Assembly (NCBI GenBank): GCA_976226885.1
Contig: OZ320316.1
Location: forward strand, 71,610,001 to 71,674,000
Reading direction: 5' to 3'
DNA from: Iphione sp. A-MEVVRFRX5
Taxonomy: Eukaryota
Length of the DNA stretch: 64,000 nt
Both the position numbers and the translations under genes were made by a program. Numbering within the stretch: the first letter of the stretch is position 1; the number at the start of each line of letters is the position of its first letter. Positions 27,779-42,555 of the stretch are shown here, piece after piece. The notes under the pieces were generated by a model. That model did no database searches, was not told where the DNA came from, and saw only the letters and a list, made by a program, of their open reading frames with translations.

Positions 27779-28949
27779 GTGAGTCTTTGCCTACATTATA
27801 CGCCAGTTGTTTTACTTTTGATATCCTTTTAAAGTAACATGTCCATTAGTGTCTGAGTATTTATTGTTGTCGTTACAGCCTTGTGTTGTACTTATTAATG
27901 AGATTGACATCTATAAAAAGCAATATGGTACCTATAGAGATGCATAAATGTATATCGCAATGTATACTGAAGGGCACTCTTTTGCCTCTTCCCTCAGTCT
28001 GCATCTCTCTCACGGACAGCCATTCGGTGAATTTGCAGGCAAATTGAAGCGTAGAAATATATATTCCTGACCTACTGTTATCATTCTCGAAACTACACGT
28101 GTATAATAAGTACGGGTATAACTCTGACAAAAACAAATGGACTAGTTATATCTCCTAAGATATCAACGATTAAATGCTTCGGTATACATACAAACACATT
28201 TTATCAGTGTTTTGTTGCAGAAATCGGACAAACCTAGTGAAGCACCTTGCTGATATATGCATTCAAACATGTTTCGAAACCTTCATATATATATATATAT
28301 ATATATGCAGCATTACGATAATCACAAAGTCCTAGCAAGTGATGTCATTACAACTGCCTGGGTCTATGCTCCCTCCTATCCAGGGATAGTCCTAAAAGTA
28401 CAGGAGTTTAGAAAAATGGGGAAATACCTCAGAAGGCATAATATAGTCTGGAAGACAGGTGGAAACGTACGCTTTTCGAAAAATGAGTACACTAGTCTAG
28501 CTCCGTGGCATTCATACAAAATACGCTATAGATATGCATGTATCAAACGCTTGCTGGGAGGCTTTCTGAGTAATTGTGAGAGGGGCGTTTATACACAACT
28601 TGCGTTATCGGGAGACTAGTATTAATCTTTATTGCACCCACTAAGATTTCATGTACTCCCTAAATGTCGCACGCCATCCTCTAACAACAACAACATAAAA
28701 TATATCGTGTTCGCATCTGATTAATGATAACGAGAGGATACGTTTGGATCAAGACCGTGTAATTAATAGCCTGTGCTCTTTTAATCGTGAAAAAAGAAAC
28801 CTAGAAAATAATTTAATGCAATTCGCTCTGTTCCATAATCTATCAAATGGAAATAAATTATGCATTTTTTTCCACAGTAGCACCATTGCTCTTCGCCTTG
28901 CCAAGCCCTACTGTCATTATTCAATAATCGATCTATCAGTCCAAGAAAT

Positions 28950-31900
28950 CTATGTCAAGTGATTCCGAGACGACTACGGGGAAAAAGGCCGTAATGTGAT
29001 TCGGGAGGACCGTGGAGGCGAAAGGGAAGACCTGCCATTCTTACAAAGCCAGTCGCTACTTTAATGGCCATTTGCCTCACGTCCGCGTCAGTCGTGAACA
29101 AAGAAAGCCTTCTTCCGTGATCCGTTATTGTTTTGTTCTGATTTAGAAATCTGATAGGGTGAAGTTGATGGGTCCTGCTTCGGTTGGACTGAACGCCATC
29201 TTCGGGCGGGTCGCCGGAACAGGCCCACCGTCCCTTGTGTTCCATATCCGTCAAAAGGCAGGGGAGGGCTCCGCCATGCTCAAACAAGGCCATATTACTT
29301 AATTTCCTCCCGCACTCTCACATTTCGACCTAAATGATTTAGGTATTCCACGAGGCGCACTAATCATTTGCCCCGCTGCCTACCGCGGACGCAAACGACG
29401 TAACCGGAGAAGCCCTCAGACTAGCAGCCGATCAAAAATATATTCAAACTACATCGAGAAGAATTGATGGCGACATTATGCATCTCGTCGTCACATTAGG
29501 TAAACAACACCAATATGGCCGACGGAGGTGAGCAGCTGACTTCCCAGCATTCCTCTCACCCACACGTTCCCCTTTCTTATCTCGATTTTTTCCCTTTGAG
29601 TACATGATAGAGAGAATCGACGATCTTATGTGAGACTGTGTGCTAATTATCATGAAGAGATTAGGCCAGTGTAAATAGGACCTGGGACAGGCAACATCTA
29701 TCGTGGGAACTGACCGTCTGCAATTTGTTTGGCATTGGCGACCCTCCTCGGCTTCTTCCCGCGTCCCGATCTGGACCTGAATACGAGATGCGTCGCTCGC
29801 TGCTCGCCGCCCGTACCGTCCTTCTTATAATAGGCCATGATAGCGGTAAAACTGATATGACTGCAATGTAAGGACCTGCCCTTGTAGTGGGATGGCTTTT
29901 AGTTAATGAGATACAAGGGCTCCGACAGGACGCGGCATGAGCCTCATTAATCTCTCGGCGTCAATCTATTAAAGTTTCATCGTCAATGGCGCCTGATGGC
30001 TTGGTAAAGGGCGGCTGCTGGGGGTGACGTCACAAGGAGGCAGAGTGTCACGTGGCGATGCCGATGTCTCGCCTTATGATGAATCGGCTAAGCAGTTGAC
30101 AAATGAGTGCGGCCCAGCCTGGCTGCACGGGGTCCACTGTGGGCAGTCACTCAAGCGCTGGCAACTCTAGCTAGGCCTTCCATTCAGCCGCCACTTTCCG
30201 TGTATGATAATACACATTGGATGTAACGTACGAGTAAGGGATACACTACCTCCTGGAAGTATGCAGCGTTCTTCCTGACGGGCATGAAAATCGCGGCATG
30301 CCATCTACAAACGTTCTACAGTCGCCCTCCCATGCACACCTTACTTGTTCTCGCGCCACCCAGCCAAGGGTTCTTCAAGAAGCGACCTTCGTCTCTCAAC
30401 CTGACGGCATTACAGAGTCCCCGTGCTCTGCTTCCGACACCTGATTGAAGGCTTGCTTGGAGACCGTCAATAAAAAGTCGGCCAATAAAAGTTCATATCG
30501 GAGAAATGTGAAGCTTGCTTCGTCTGACAGGTTCAACCGCCCTTTCCCCTAGCCCACCCTGCCTTTGATCTATGATCTCAGGACCATATGTATTGCACTG
30601 AATATTACTGCAAGTATTAGCAAAGAGGGAGGGACACATTTCAGTTCGAGAACAATTCTTTGAAGCATTGGCTACAAGGGATTGCCCAATTCACTTTTGA
30701 TATAACAGTTACAATTAAAACAGTAGAACGGTTTCCTTAGCGAACAATTTTAGGGACTCCAAATGATAGAGATTTGTTTTTGTTTACAGTTGTGATGGCG
30801 TCGGATGTTCTGTGTTGTGTCGACTGTCATGTTCGTATACAAGTACATGTACATGTGTCTATAAGAGGTTGCATGCACAACTTTCTCTGCAAACCAGGTC
30901 TCCAGGAAGGAGACGTCTGTTCCCCTTCTACCTACTTAAGTATCATGCACGCCATCGTCCCACGCGCCTCTTTCAACATGCTTATTGAAGCCTCTGCATG
31001 GAGAACCAGGTTATTTCATACTCACGACACAGTTGCAAACCAGAGGGCATATGCCCCACGAGATAGGGTTTAAAGATTAGAATATACGGAGACTGCTCTC
31101 CAGTTTCCAGTTAAAGAAACTAAGGAGGACACGAACTTCCTGCTGTGCACATGCCACTTACAGGATTGAGCGGATTCTTTAAGGAAGGCTGTTTGGTATA
31201 CAGCGGCAAAGACGAGCCCCAAGTGGCTAATCATGTCTCGTTCACAAGAACAATATGGGCTGGACGCAACGCGCGCGTTTCTTCTGCAGAGATAAGCAAC
31301 AATCGGCCATTGTCCGCAGTCTAAGGGGACCTCACCGACCTGCCAAGCGCGCGTCGCGCCGGAGAGGAGTGGCTCTCTAGTGCTTTATCTTGTTCCATTC
31401 ATAAAGTCGACATTACCCGTCCATGTTAGTCCGGCGCCGACATAAATCTTTACTTTAGCGGCGGGTGTCGGGAGACTCGGAGACGATGTGGTTTTAGGTC
31501 ACCAAGCACCGGTCGTATACGTGCTTATGCCTCGGGGAGGCTTCAAACGTATGACCCTCGCGCAGCCATTCGGGACCATTCACCTGCAACGTAACGCGAT
31601 TGTCACCTTTATTCTGTCGAACGACACCCTAGACCGACGACAGGTTGACTGGTCCCCCTATCATTTGTCACCCTCATGTCAAACTCAATAGTACCGAGGG
31701 CTAATCGCCCTCATCTGCACACCTTTCACCCCTCGCGTGCAATTAGGAGTAGGCATTTAGAGTAGATGGATAATCCATATCCGGGTAATCGATGGCGCGC
31801 CCTCGACAAAATTAAGACAATTAAGCATCATGCAATCCTGAAATGCATATACGTGTAATACCTTCAGGTGAATACCGTCTAAGTAAGGCTCCAAAAATAC

Positions 31901-34900
31901 TACATTTTTTTACAAAACGGTAATAGTGGAAGCCCAGTTTTGAAAAAGAGAGGCTTTGAAGCGTCGAGGAAATAATACTAATTATTTAGTCTACCGAACA
32001 AATGAGAGAAAACAACCATGTTGATTTTGTCATTTCTGTCAGATTAATTGCTGAATGTCAATATAGACAAGAGCCTAAAAACTACCGTCATATCGGACAT
32101 CCATCTAAAATGAAGATCTCATTTTCACTGGCATCCACGACATCCTCTATCGACCTTTAATTCACTAGAAAATGACATTGCATTCGCCGAAAGGCTTTAT
32201 TTCTCTGCAGCTTTTGATCAGAAAACATTTTCGATAGTTGCAGACTCACGTTCGCAAACAGAAGTGGGGAACACGCGAGTCAGAGATCCCTTGCAAAATA
32301 AGTCTGCTAGCAACGTATTAACATTGGTAAACGAGTCAGGCGTCTCCCTTTCTGGCATTATTGCCTGTCCCGGTCTGCGTTTAGATTTAATTTGTATCCT
32401 CTCTCATGACCACCATACTAGTTCTTTAATATCGGGCATTAGATACTTCTATGGTCTATTTCGAATACAATGACTAATCCGAGATTGTACGGGGAAGGCA
32501 ATTATCATGAAAATCCGCCTGCGTGCAACCACCCATTGGCACGGCGCTGCACCCCTCTTTCCATGATTCCATCTCAGAGGTGGCGGCAAGTTAGTAGGTT
32601 TCCCGGTAGACATCTGGGGGGCGGGTGGGAGGGGGAAGCCGCGACAATGCTCACGGGCGACCAGTTCCATGCCATGTAGCCCCTTTTCCTCGGCATCAAA
32701 TTCATTGATTGCCGACAACCACTTTTCAAAATGTAGCCCATCTATGTTTCTGAAATTACAAATTTGGAGACGGCGCGGCCGTAGTTATCCCCCGGGGTGG
32801 AAATCAATTTCGGCGAATCGATGTGTGAAAACTAATACAGCGGGTGTACCATTTCCTCCGAGGTGTTCCTGCGGTGGCTGGTGCTACCTCTCACTGCGCC
32901 TCGTCGCCCGCGCCCTGCTTCCCGAAGGCGCCGCTCCCGGCTCCCGCCCAGAAGTGCTCTTCACGAGCAGCTCCCCGGGCTCCAATCGCCAGCCTCCAAA
33001 TACCACCGTGCCATTTTCTTCAGTGGGCTCGCTGCGGAAATTGAGCGATTTGTGTGCAGCCCGGGGGCTAGCGAGCGCCGTGAAATCGGCATTCATGTGT
33101 TTTGCCTTGTTTTCCTCGCGTGCCGGCGAGTTTGTGCCGATGATATTTTTCCTGATACACTCTACATCGGCATGATGCCACCCCAACCCCGATCTCTGAA
33201 GTCCTACTCACGTGCGCGCGTGAAACACATGCACACGCACAAACCATCCTATCTGTCCCCCATCTCAACCTGTGGTTCCCGAGGGGGGGACATCCGCGGA
33301 AACCCCAACCGAAAGGTGCCCGGTAATTGAAATATCCGACCGCTTCAACTCGCGCCTTTATGCATTAATTTGCTTGTTCGAGCGGTAGATACACGTACAC
33401 GGATAAGAGACAGCTCTGCATGGATACATAAGTGGAAACTGGCATATCTTTGCAAAGAGTAAACGTAATCTGCTAGCGCTTTTGGAAAAATCTTTGTACA
33501 CTGCACATGCACATTGCTTTAGAGAAAAGGGACTTAAGCAAATTCCTTCCCGCTTAATTACATATGTATATGTAACGTGTGGTGTATTTCCTTGCTGAAA
33601 TGGTCATAAAATACATATACCTACACTAATTTATGTTCTCAGCGCACGAATATCCCCTTGGATCATATTGATCATTAGGCCTATGTGAAGATCTTTACTG
33701 GGGCCTACTGTTCATAGTGTAGATGAGTGTGAGCATTAGACGCAAGCTACATTTGCGTGATATCATTTCTCCTTTAAAATTATCACAGATACATTCTCCA
33801 ATCCTATGTGAATGCCGAATTGTCCCATGAAATACCTATCATTTCATGGGGAGTATACCGTACTGTTTTACGGTGCGGATACATAGGTTTTAAATTGTGA
33901 TTTTGTCATATAATTTGGGGTTATTGCCAGTAGATTCATCCAAATATAGGATACATTTATATTAGGATGAGCATGAAGAAACTTTGCACACCGCACACAG
34001 TCTCTGGTTAGAGTGAGAAGTATACGAGAGATACTATGTCGGATCAGATGATTGTACTTCAGCCTACTGCTCTGACCCCAATGTTCGCTATTGCCCTGAA
34101 AAACTTTGTCACGTGATACGAAGATTATATTGTTAGCATACTTCAAACTTCAGATAGATGTGTTGAGTTGTAGTGTTGCAGCATGCAAACACAAACCAAA
34201 GCAGGTGTGCATAAGCGACAGAGAAAAAACTAAGAGGCAGGGACAGGTTAGGTACAGAGAAATAGGGGATAACTGGGCTGACAGATCACGAAACCACTAA
34301 GTACAACCACCGAGGGCATATCATATAATGAACGATAGATAACCACACGTTGCATATTACCTTAGAGGAACTATTGTGAGCACTTTAAACGCGTAAAGAA
34401 TCCACGCCTTCAGTTTGATTTTATTTGATAAAATTGCTTACTGCCAGGAGCTTATCACCCATTTATTATTGATAAAGGTTCGTTGGAATTTCCTTTATTG
34501 CTCTCTAACGGATCCGCTCGTGGAGGCCAAGCAGGTTAAGACGCTTTATTTCAAACAAAGCTTTTAGGTTTCTTTTGAGATAAAACTCAAGACAACGGTT
34601 TCCTTCCAAGCGATCAGCGTGAAAAAAGAAGACTCTGAATATAATATATACATGTATACTGGAGTCAGACTGATTTCATTTCAACATGAGAAATCTACAA
34701 AAAAACAAGAAAATACTGCCTTAATCCGTAAACGCCTCCAATTAGAACAGTTCACAAGAAGGAATGCGTCCCAAGTCCTTCTGAAAAAATGAAATTGTGG
34801 TCGTTTGACAAGGAAGCTGATTGACGTTCTACACACCCATGCATCGTTCCGCATGTGTTGAAAGGGTTGAAATATTCATAACACGCTAACGTATCCCCTG

Positions 34901-36450
34901 CGGTCTAGACAATAACATGGTGCGTGCCGATAAGGCCAGCGGTGAGATTTGATTCGAACAGTAATGGGCTTTGACATGATAGTGCATGCAGTCATTTGTA
35001 TTTATAACAATCATTAGGTGAAAATGCATTTTACATAAAGCCAGCAAGGACAGCGACCGAGCGCGCCAGGCGGTAAAACACCGGCGACACGGGCCCCTGA
35101 TATGGACGTGGGCGCTGGCTGTATTGTCTCTGGCACATTCCGCCGCCGCCATACGCCACCCCCCAGGAGGGCGCACGCCGAGACCTTTCCTCCAGTAACC
35201 ATAAAGTTTCGGAGCGGGTGTAAACAATCCAGCCTCACTCCGTTGTAATACAGCCACACAGGCCGGGCGGGCTGCTCCGGTGCATACATCACAGGGGTAA
35301 AGTCGAAATAAGTGTGATCAATGTGGGTGCAGAGAACGCTCTTCTCAACCCCCGTGGCCTGTGGGAGACGCCTCGCTCCGGAAGAGGTTGGGCAGGCCTG
35401 GGGAGGGGGTTACAGCTTGGCGGGATGGATTGCGTTCAATTAATTTCCGACTGTGTCCACGCGGATAAATGTAAATGATCGGAGCAAAAATACATAAAAA
35501 ATAAATAACGAAAAAAAACCAAAGGACGCCTGTCCACTTTGTCAAAGGCAGAAGAAGTCATGCGTGCGGTTTTGTTGTTGGTGGTCATCACCCCCGAAAC
35601 CTCCCAGGGTCAATATTTTGGAACTTAAAGCAGGAGACCTTTAATTTGAAACGATCGATATTATTTACGATAGCTACGGTGACCCGCGGATCAACTTTAC
35701 CGGGGTCCTGTTTTTGTAGAGTCAGCCATCTTTCCTTCTCTGTCGAACAAGTCGGTCCCACGCATATTGATGAGACAGTCTTGTGTGGAGGGATGAAGAT
35801 TAGGGATAGGAAGCTGTATGTCCTTTGCCTTCCGTCGCCCACCGACAGGGGACAAAGACAGCATTTGATATGACGCATGGGATAACTGATTTGATTGTTT
35901 TAATCATGAATTGGTGCGTCTTAGCCTGACGCTGTAATGTACATGTCGGCCTCTAGGGTCATCCATTGGTCCTCAGGAGGGCGGTGTCCATTAGGCTAAA
36001 TCAAGCCGATGATATCTAGACAGGGCTTGCAAACTACTTGCACTCTTTGCTAGGAACAATCCTCTAATGAACAAGATGACGACATCACCGGCGACGGCTG
36101 ATCACCATCGCACTAATCCATGACGGCTGACGACTTAACCGGGCGCGTTATGGAATCTCTATTCGATCAAGGATGTTGCTATCACGCCCGATTTCACCCC
36201 ATATCCTGCCCGTCATTCATCCTTCTAATGTCTCTAGCAAAAGGCCGCAGCTATCCTCTACTTCCGCGGCACTAGTTCCCAAGCCTGGCGCCTGACGACG
36301 GAAGCTGACCCTATGGGACGGGAAGCAGCCTATTAAATGGTCGCTAGATCGAGGATAGATTGCGCTATTATTTGGAATGGTTCCGCGTGAATGAGTAGTA
36401 TAGGAGAGGGAGGCCTGTGTTTCTGATATGGAGCTCAGCCGGGGGTGCTA
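28950..36450. promoter_or_regulatory. CpG-rich, TE-free intronic block (candidate enhancer/promoter cluster)
   Basis: Dense CG dinucleotides and no TE motifs seen. Contains TGACGTCA (30024-31), CACGTG (30049-54), TAATCC/CAATTA homeobox-type sites (~31690-31830) and a G4 motif. The ORFs here lack recognisable homology. Confidence 0.45.
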
Positions 36451-38339
36451 TAATTTCAGACGGAAGCGGATCTCACATTAGCTTTAGCATAGCAAGCATC
36501 ATCTTCGTTAATATGAATATAAACTAATACTGACACACACCGTTGGCACTGTAGTTTAGACGTTGTTACTATGATGACTTTGAGATCTGCCCAAATGGAT
36601 TTGCACTGAGACATGGTAAATACTCAAAATGATGCGCATAAAATCTTTGAAGCCTGAGAAACCTCATTTACAGATGCCTAGTTTAAAAATGTCACTTCGA
36701 GACCGATGAATTTACCTGCATGCTCCATCGAGTTGCGGTTGACGATTTATCTGTAATTGATCTGAACTTTGCGAGTTGAATACCGCGATGAAAAATACAC
36801 GACAGTAACCTTTTTATGTAAACCTGCAAAGATGAAGTTTAAGATAAACTAATACTCCCTGATTTCCTTGATTTAGTACAGGCAGTCATTCCCGAATTCA
36901 AAAATATCAGTATTTGTTTTCACACAAGCTATAACGATAAACCTTCAAACCATAGTTAAAACAGAGAAATGATTTTAGGGTGCAGTTGAAATGCACAAGG
37001 AGTTCGTACACTACCCATATACGGATATTATGAAAATGTATTCTCTGTGGAAGCAGACCGTTTGACACGTGCATCGTGAAATATCGTTTATTGTATCCAT
37101 CTCGCCTCTCTTGGCTGTCTTCGATCTACGATTGCTGTCACAGGGGCCCTTTCCAACTTCATTATATCGTTGGCCTCAGTATATATCTGGCCAATTCCAC
37201 TTTGGTTTCAGTAGCCTTCACACCAATTATCAGCTGTAGCAGCTGCCGACAGAGGGGACACAGTTACATTAACAAGATGTAGCGCGATCATGCCCGTACC
37301 AACTTACATGAACTTTCACCGTCTTTTCCTCATCAGCCTTTCTGTTTATTACCGTTATCATGGCCACTTTTGCCGATACAATTCACATCATAAAATGTCA
37401 GACAGTGACAAGCTAACTTGTCCATGTTTTACATGCCTCTCGTCTTACTCAGTGGCCATAATAAGCATTATTTACCGTGGAAGCCGTAGTCGTGATTGAC
37501 AACGACTGTAGTTGCACCTGTTCTCCTGTGACAGCTACGATTTGCCAGAAGTCACGAAGGTCCTTTAGATTCTGATTGACCGACACGTCAACTTCCCCAT
37601 TGACCTTAAATTGACGGACCCTTTGATGAAGCCACAGCTCAGACTTGAACCCCAGTAAGGACAGCAAAAAGGCGGTCACTGGCCCTGCAGAAAGGAACAG
37701 TTGTCCTGTGTTCCATGGGAAAGGTTCATCAGTCAAGAGAAGGAATTATAGCGGCAGCTCTTGCTTGTACTTTTAGCTGTATTTGTGTAGCTTCGTCACC
37801 CTTACATTTTGGATTAAAAAGGACAACAATAGCGAGAAGCTTTCCTTCATTGTATCGTATACTAGATGTAATATAAAAGTATGGCACACAATTGCTATAA
37901 TAAATATACCAAGGAGGTAATTCGTGGTTAAATCCTTTATCATTTACATCAAGGTGAATAGGTGCTTTGGGTTCTTGGAAATGTGTTTTTTGCCGTAACA
38001 ATTTTCATGTCTGCAGGTGGCGGATAGAACTATTGACTATTTGTGAAAATGCAACTGGAATCATTTTCTACAGACTCCTTCACGATAAAGCAAACAGGCG
38101 ACTTCGTGACTCTCAGCTCAAGTGCGAACAAGCTCTATAGGTGATCCCAATCACTGGACACGCATGCATACTATGAGGTTGGTGCCCTCATGACTGCTTT
38201 AGGCGGAGATCGTGATCGCCAGTACAGCAGAAGGAGAAAAACCCCAGTAATCATCAGTCACAGAGGAAGCAAACTGCCCTCTAACTAGTGCAGTCAAGGA
38301 CATTAAGTGAGAATAACGATGCAAGGTGATAAACCGTGG

Positions 38340-38413
38340 GAGAGAGACAGTCAGACAGACAGACAGACAGAGAAGAGACAGACAGAAAGACAGACAGAGA
38401 AAGAGAGAGAGAG
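38340..38413. repeat. Compound (GACA)n/(GA)n microsatellite
   Basis: agagagacagtcagacagacagacagacagagaagagacagacagaaagacagacagagaaagagagagagaga. Confidence 0.9.
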
Positions 38414-39366
38414 ATCGGTGGGTATGTTGGCGAGTTACTTTCTTTTTTGGACATGATTATAAGTGAATGTCAAAACTGCCTTTAGTACATTTCGCTGAGG
38501 CAGTAGGCGAATGCGCGACATCATAGCCTACGGTTGACCAAATGGCTAGGTATTATTAATAGTTTTGTTGGGATTGATAGGACAGTTTTAACACATGCAG
38601 CCATATGGTGAGGGATACTTGGGCCTTGTTTCAACGCTATACTATCAGCTTTGTTCCTGTTGACACTTCTTGCATTTCGGGATCTGGGTGACTCCATTTA
38701 TTTTCTCTTGGCTTTCGAATTGCATGCCATAAAAAGTTAGAACTTTTTTTTAATCTATTACTTCGATGGGGTTTTTGAATCTTTCTCTGCTAAAATGAAC
38801 TCAAACCATTTAGACAGTTCATTTCAGGTTAACTATGCCTCCAATGTGCATGTATACAGGCTCTTGCGGAAAAATAACCGCATTATTCAGTAGGTCTGAC
38901 CAAAATCTGTAATGTTTACTTCCATAGATATCATCTCGCTCCCGACCCCACTTGACAGGAAACTTTAGCAATACTCCTGTGCAAAGGGATAATATTTGTC
39001 CGTTGTTTAATTGTTTCTACAAGACTGCTTGTGTTTGAACGGAATTTTGTGTCTGGCATATATCTCTTAAATAATCAGAACTAAATGTATGCACATTGTC
39101 TGCCTCCTACATTGGTACGATGTACCGAAAAACACCCTTAATTGGAAGACTCGTTTCTCCAGTAACCCATCAGGAAACTGCCACGAAATATTTAGATAAG
39201 GTTTAGTTGTTTTTCTATTTATCATCACCAAAATTGACGTGGACTGACTGATAAGAAAGGTAGATATTAACTACAATTATTTAATATCTAATACAAATAG
39301 CTAGTGCTGCACAATATGTTTACACATATTGCCATTTTCTCGAAAATGTAAATGTTCATTTTATGC

Positions 39367-39371
<5 letters not shown>

Positions 39372-39404
<33 letters not shown>
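39372..39404. repeat. (TA)n microsatellite
   Basis: About 16 uninterrupted TA units. Confidence 0.95.
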
Positions 39405-39406
<2 letters not shown>

Positions 39407-41010
39407 ACAAGCTCACTCAGACAACTAATTTGGGAGGTTCACATCACAATATTCAATGAAAATTTTAAAAAATTCAAGCTGAATGTCGGTTGGTACCAAA
39501 ATAGTCTATGCGTCATAGACATATCAATGGCGAGTATGATGTTGACAAGGTGAGCTGACGTGTTGTCGCATCGTTGTCAAAACAATGTCCAAATAAACGT
39601 CTTATTCTCCATATATAGTACCAACTTGTTGGTCTAGAATGTGTCAGTTTTCTAGTTCCCTGAATTATGTTATTTACAGGACAGCCTAACATGAAAGATA
39701 CCCATGTGATGAGGAAAACGTCTAAGTTCGATTTTGCTGTCCAGTTGAATTTTTTTCGTCCTGTCCTGGTTTCCAGAAAGACCTCTTGTATTTGAGGTAC
39801 TCTCCTACTTCGTGACTTTAAGGGCACATTACGTACTTCCAGCCGACGACTTCCGCGTTTCTCGTCCCTCTTTATACATGGGATTCAGTCAAGGCACACT
39901 TTCTGACAGCAGATGTATCTTTTGCTGATATATCGATGAAAACTGCAAATCACGTGGACTACAGTGGGATTTTGTAGGAGAGAGATAGACCTGAGCTATA
40001 TGGTAAAATCAGCCCCATCCGCAAAAGTTATCAGTGTATACTAAATCTGGCTTTAGAATCTCTTACATAGCAGAATACATGAATCCAGACGGACTATTCT
40101 CGAGGCCCGGACAGCAAGAAATTGAACATCCCTTTTAGTACTTTCATATCTCTTGGCCCCAAAAGGAGAAATGACCATTTTAGCAATTGTACAATGCAAT
40201 ATAGAGTTTTGTTATTTGCATGATCAACATAGCGCATGCAATTACAAAAAAAAACTTTCGCGAATGTTCAACTGTATCATTATGTACTTAGAAGGAATTT
40301 AAGGAATAACTGTACACTATATTGATTAACCATTACTTAGTTATCTGTTCGACAGTGGGAAATCATTGTAATCATTTTAGCTTTTCTATCATATTAAAAT
40401 TAATAGATGAATGTTTGTTGCCATTATTACGACTGACAAAACATGTTATGATTGCCGCTATTTCGAAGTAGCTGCCTCATTAATCCCTAAAGCATGCAAG
40501 AAGCCATCACAAATGAGTTTCACTGCCGACAAGATTGTTGATTCAATTCCAGGAGAACGTAGGGTATAGTTCCAAGCCAAAGCTACACAGGTTGAGTTGG
40601 CAATAGACTCCTTCTAAATAATGTAAAAACATACCAAGAACAAGAGTGAATTGAAATTGAGAGACTCGGACCAAAACGCGGCCCTACCTGCACCAAACAT
40701 TGAAAGGAGTTAAATAAGGTTACATGAAACAAATACGTGGAATAGAAACATAATAGAAGCAAATTTTAACCTTATCACAATTTATGTAGATTATCAGAAA
40801 GCTAGAAAAGTCATTAAATAATCATTAACAGAATTTAAAACGCGTTTCAATCAAAACACGTTACTCTATTTTCATTAATATAAAGATTTATTATCTATCT
40901 GTATCATTGCATGGCGGACTAAAGTATCTCAACAAAGACCTCTATATAGCAGTGCTCTAACAGCTCCAAAAAGCTACCTCAGAGTACCAGATTATGTATG
41001 CTTATCTTTA

Positions 41011-41048
41011 CCCCTGATGAAGACTGTTATATGTACGAAACGTTAGGG
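41011..41048 (+). ncRNA. Minimal type I hammerhead-like motif of Penelope-like element type
   Basis: ccc-CTGATGA-agactgttatatgtac-GAAA-CGTT-aggg: intact core boxes, palindromic AACGTT stem III and a CCC/GGG stem I. Stem II is weak and there is an extra A at the stem I junction. Confidence 0.55.
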
Positions 41049-42176
41049 AATTTAAGTCTACTTATAATTCAACTTCTTGTGTTGAGTTCGTATGTACTTT
41101 CTACAATATTCCAATTTATGTAGATTGCCGATGCTTTGAAAGCAACACGGACATTGGTGACATATAGCCGGATTGCAACATATTCATTTTAAACATCTTA
41201 AGTACACATTGATTTTAAATGCCTTATTTTGAAAATTCTTATGTCTATTCCTCTCTGAAGTATGTTTGGACCAACAACTACATGAATATGCTGATCAAGT
41301 CAATTAAACGGTCACCACAGGTAACGAAGGCCAATATTATAATGCATACCTATCATAAAACATAGTATGACATAATGCACCTGTGTGTACGATCTGTTTG
41401 TTGGGTGAGATTTTAGTGTACGAGTAGTTATAATTCATGTAATTTAACTGTTCGTATTGCTAGCAGCAATCCCCCTAAATACGTCAGGTCCACTTACACA
41501 TGGATTTGAAAATCGTTGCGGTCAAATTTCCATTGGCTGTTTTTTTCCAATTGGCCCATCTCTGTAGCCCCACAAATTGCAGTCGGAATCTTTGGCCGTG
41601 CGTAGAGGAAAATGTTTTCTTAAATGCACCGGAGGAGTTTGGTCTCCCCCGCGATTTGAGAGTGTTAACCTTAAATTTTATTAAATCTAGCATTTTAAAG
41701 TTATACCTGTTACTTGAAGTATACATATGTTATACTGTATATTTATCAAAGTGGACACTGGACTAATTTGAACTCTTATATTCCGTAGAACTCTATGGAC
41801 TATAGAACAATGTTTCCATCGCTTTAACACTCCTGCTCCTCATTGGTCCCCTTTCGTATTCTCTAGTCTTATTCATACCTCCTTCCTATTCCTTCTCTCT
41901 CCTCTCTGTGTCCTTTCCTGCTCTGTTTTTTCCATGTTGTTGGACGGCAGGCTTCGTGCAGACGACTGCCTCGCGTGTAGACTTCACACGAAGTAGGGAA
42001 TTGCTGTTGGCCGGTCTTTCTCAACTCGAGGTTAGGGACAGTCTGTGTGGTCGAAGACCAATGATGGCGCCTTATAAACCGCTCCATACTTTCAGTGTTC
42101 CTTCTTGTTAATTTTTCTCCTGTCTTTTCCATTCTTTGAATCTGCCTGAAATCAAGTTTGATTCTAACTAAGTTAA

Positions 42177-42322
42177 CCCTTTAATGCTGGCCCCCTGGTG
42201 AGGGAGGGGGACATTAACGCCAGGGAGTATCATGATTTTGATACCCTTTGAGGCCGGGGGGATTTGTGAGCAAATCTATGTCTTTAAGTAAACTTATGAC
42301 AGAAAATTAATGTACTAAAGGG
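42177..42322. mobile_element. piggyBac-type MITE (146 bp) with TTAA target duplication
   Basis: TTAA(42173-76)-CCCTTTAATGC ... GTACTAAAGGG-TTAA(42323-26). The 11-bp TIRs begin CCCTTTA and match at 9 of 11 positions, flanked by TTAA on both sides. Confidence 0.8.
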
Positions 42323-42474
42323 TTAAACTGTATTAATTGTGAATATATGTATTGAGAATATGATTATTCTTATTAATTTACCATCATTAACCCTTATTCT
42401 CTACTTAGATTTGATAATTATTACTTACTTTGAAAGACTGTCAGTATCAGTGTATGTATCCTCAGGGATACACC

Positions 42475-42555
42475 CCGGCACCATATGGATGTATCCCTGA
42501 GGATACACCATATATACCGGGGTGTACCCTCAGGGATACATCCATATGGTGCCGG
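42475..42555. repeat. 35-bp inverted repeat (one mismatch) with 11-nt spacer
   Basis: Left arm 42475-42509 (ccggcaccatatggatgtatccctgaggatacacc) is the reverse complement of 42521-42555 except at one base. A third partial unit lies at 42456-42478. Confidence 0.95.

Noticed and set aside
32669-33330. Overlapping 100-168 aa ORFs (similarly at 17873-18456)
   Set aside because: Arg/Pro/Ser-rich, open in several frames and on both strands, with no motifs or splice support. This is expected from GC-rich non-coding DNA.
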